Source: an uncultured Gammaproteobacteria bacterium (lineage in GTDB: Bacteria > Pseudomonadota > Gammaproteobacteria > CAWCPV01). Taken from it: DNA of 64,000 bases. The stretch lies in the NCBI GenBank assembly GCA_963797555.1, contig CAWCPV010000016.1:32001-96000 (forward strand), written 5' to 3'. The notes under the pieces are model-generated. The model did not search any database. It was not told the origin of the DNA and saw nothing but the letters and a program-made list of their open reading frames with translations. The position numbers and the translations under genes are program-made. Position 1 is the stretch's first letter. Every line of letters begins with the position of its first letter. Shown here piece after piece: positions 63,632-64,000 of the stretch.

Positions 63632-64000
63632 CGAGCACAAGGCAAGAATGGGTTGAGCGCCGTCATCACTATTTTCCTCGCCGGCTGCGCGAGTTGAGGG
63701 CCGTGTCCGCGTAGCGCAGCTTCACGTAGATCCCGATCCACAGGGCCTTGCGCCGAGAGCGGGCAGCTCTCGCGGGTCATCCTACACCGATCTGGATGAC
63801 GCCTAGATCGTTGTCAGCGCTACGCTGGCCTAAAACCTTTCATTGAACCCTCCTTCGCTGGGTGGGTGGCGCCGAAAATTTCGCTGTCCCCTAAAATCTA
63901 CCAGCAAGTATGCGCGGCCTAACATCGCGGTCGACCGAGAAGGACCTGGGCGTCATAATCGGCAAGGTTTGAAGCCAAGAAGGAGGCCCGGTGCAAGCAC

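Noticed and set aside
1-64000. CRISPR array, tRNA or rRNA genes
   Set aside because: I saw no regularly spaced direct repeats and no recognisable structural RNA other than the intron tail.

Overview
A GC-rich, probably proteobacterial accessory region in four parts. (1) 1-2.1 kb: the distal end of an integron cassette array, with two clear attC sites and no intI in the window. The cassettes carry a DUF6338-like gene plus a 42-aa Pro/Lys-rich peptide, a Cys-rich hypothetical protein, and a receiver (REC)-TIR/Cap12-like fusion. The array is followed by an IS5-like end, a 3' group II intron remnant and an enolase fragment. (2) 3-28 kb: a decaying mosaic of envelope and periplasmic genes (lytic transglycosylase, DUF4105, outer-membrane barrels, GLIC-like ligand-gated channel, small K+ channel, octaheme cytochrome-TPR, MarC, sigma54-linked domain-shuffled lipoproteins, PqaA hydrolase with tandem C-terminal repeats, H-NS). 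It also contains a complete IS1634, remnants of IS91/IS5/IS1380/ISL3 and a dead MNT-HEPN pair. (3) 28-56 kb: a storage-polymer/fermentative energy island (SulP, AI-2E, ppk2, pyk, phosphoketolase, LOG, glgP, RND pump, ndh, DUF3141, pta, ackA, fabI) with scars of duplication. (4) 56-63.6 kb: a V/A-type ATPase operon in the permuted order B-D-I-K-E-C-A. About a dozen single-base frameshifts in otherwise intact genes, mostly +1 insertions, look like long-read errors. All family calls come from motif recognition by eye; no database search was run.
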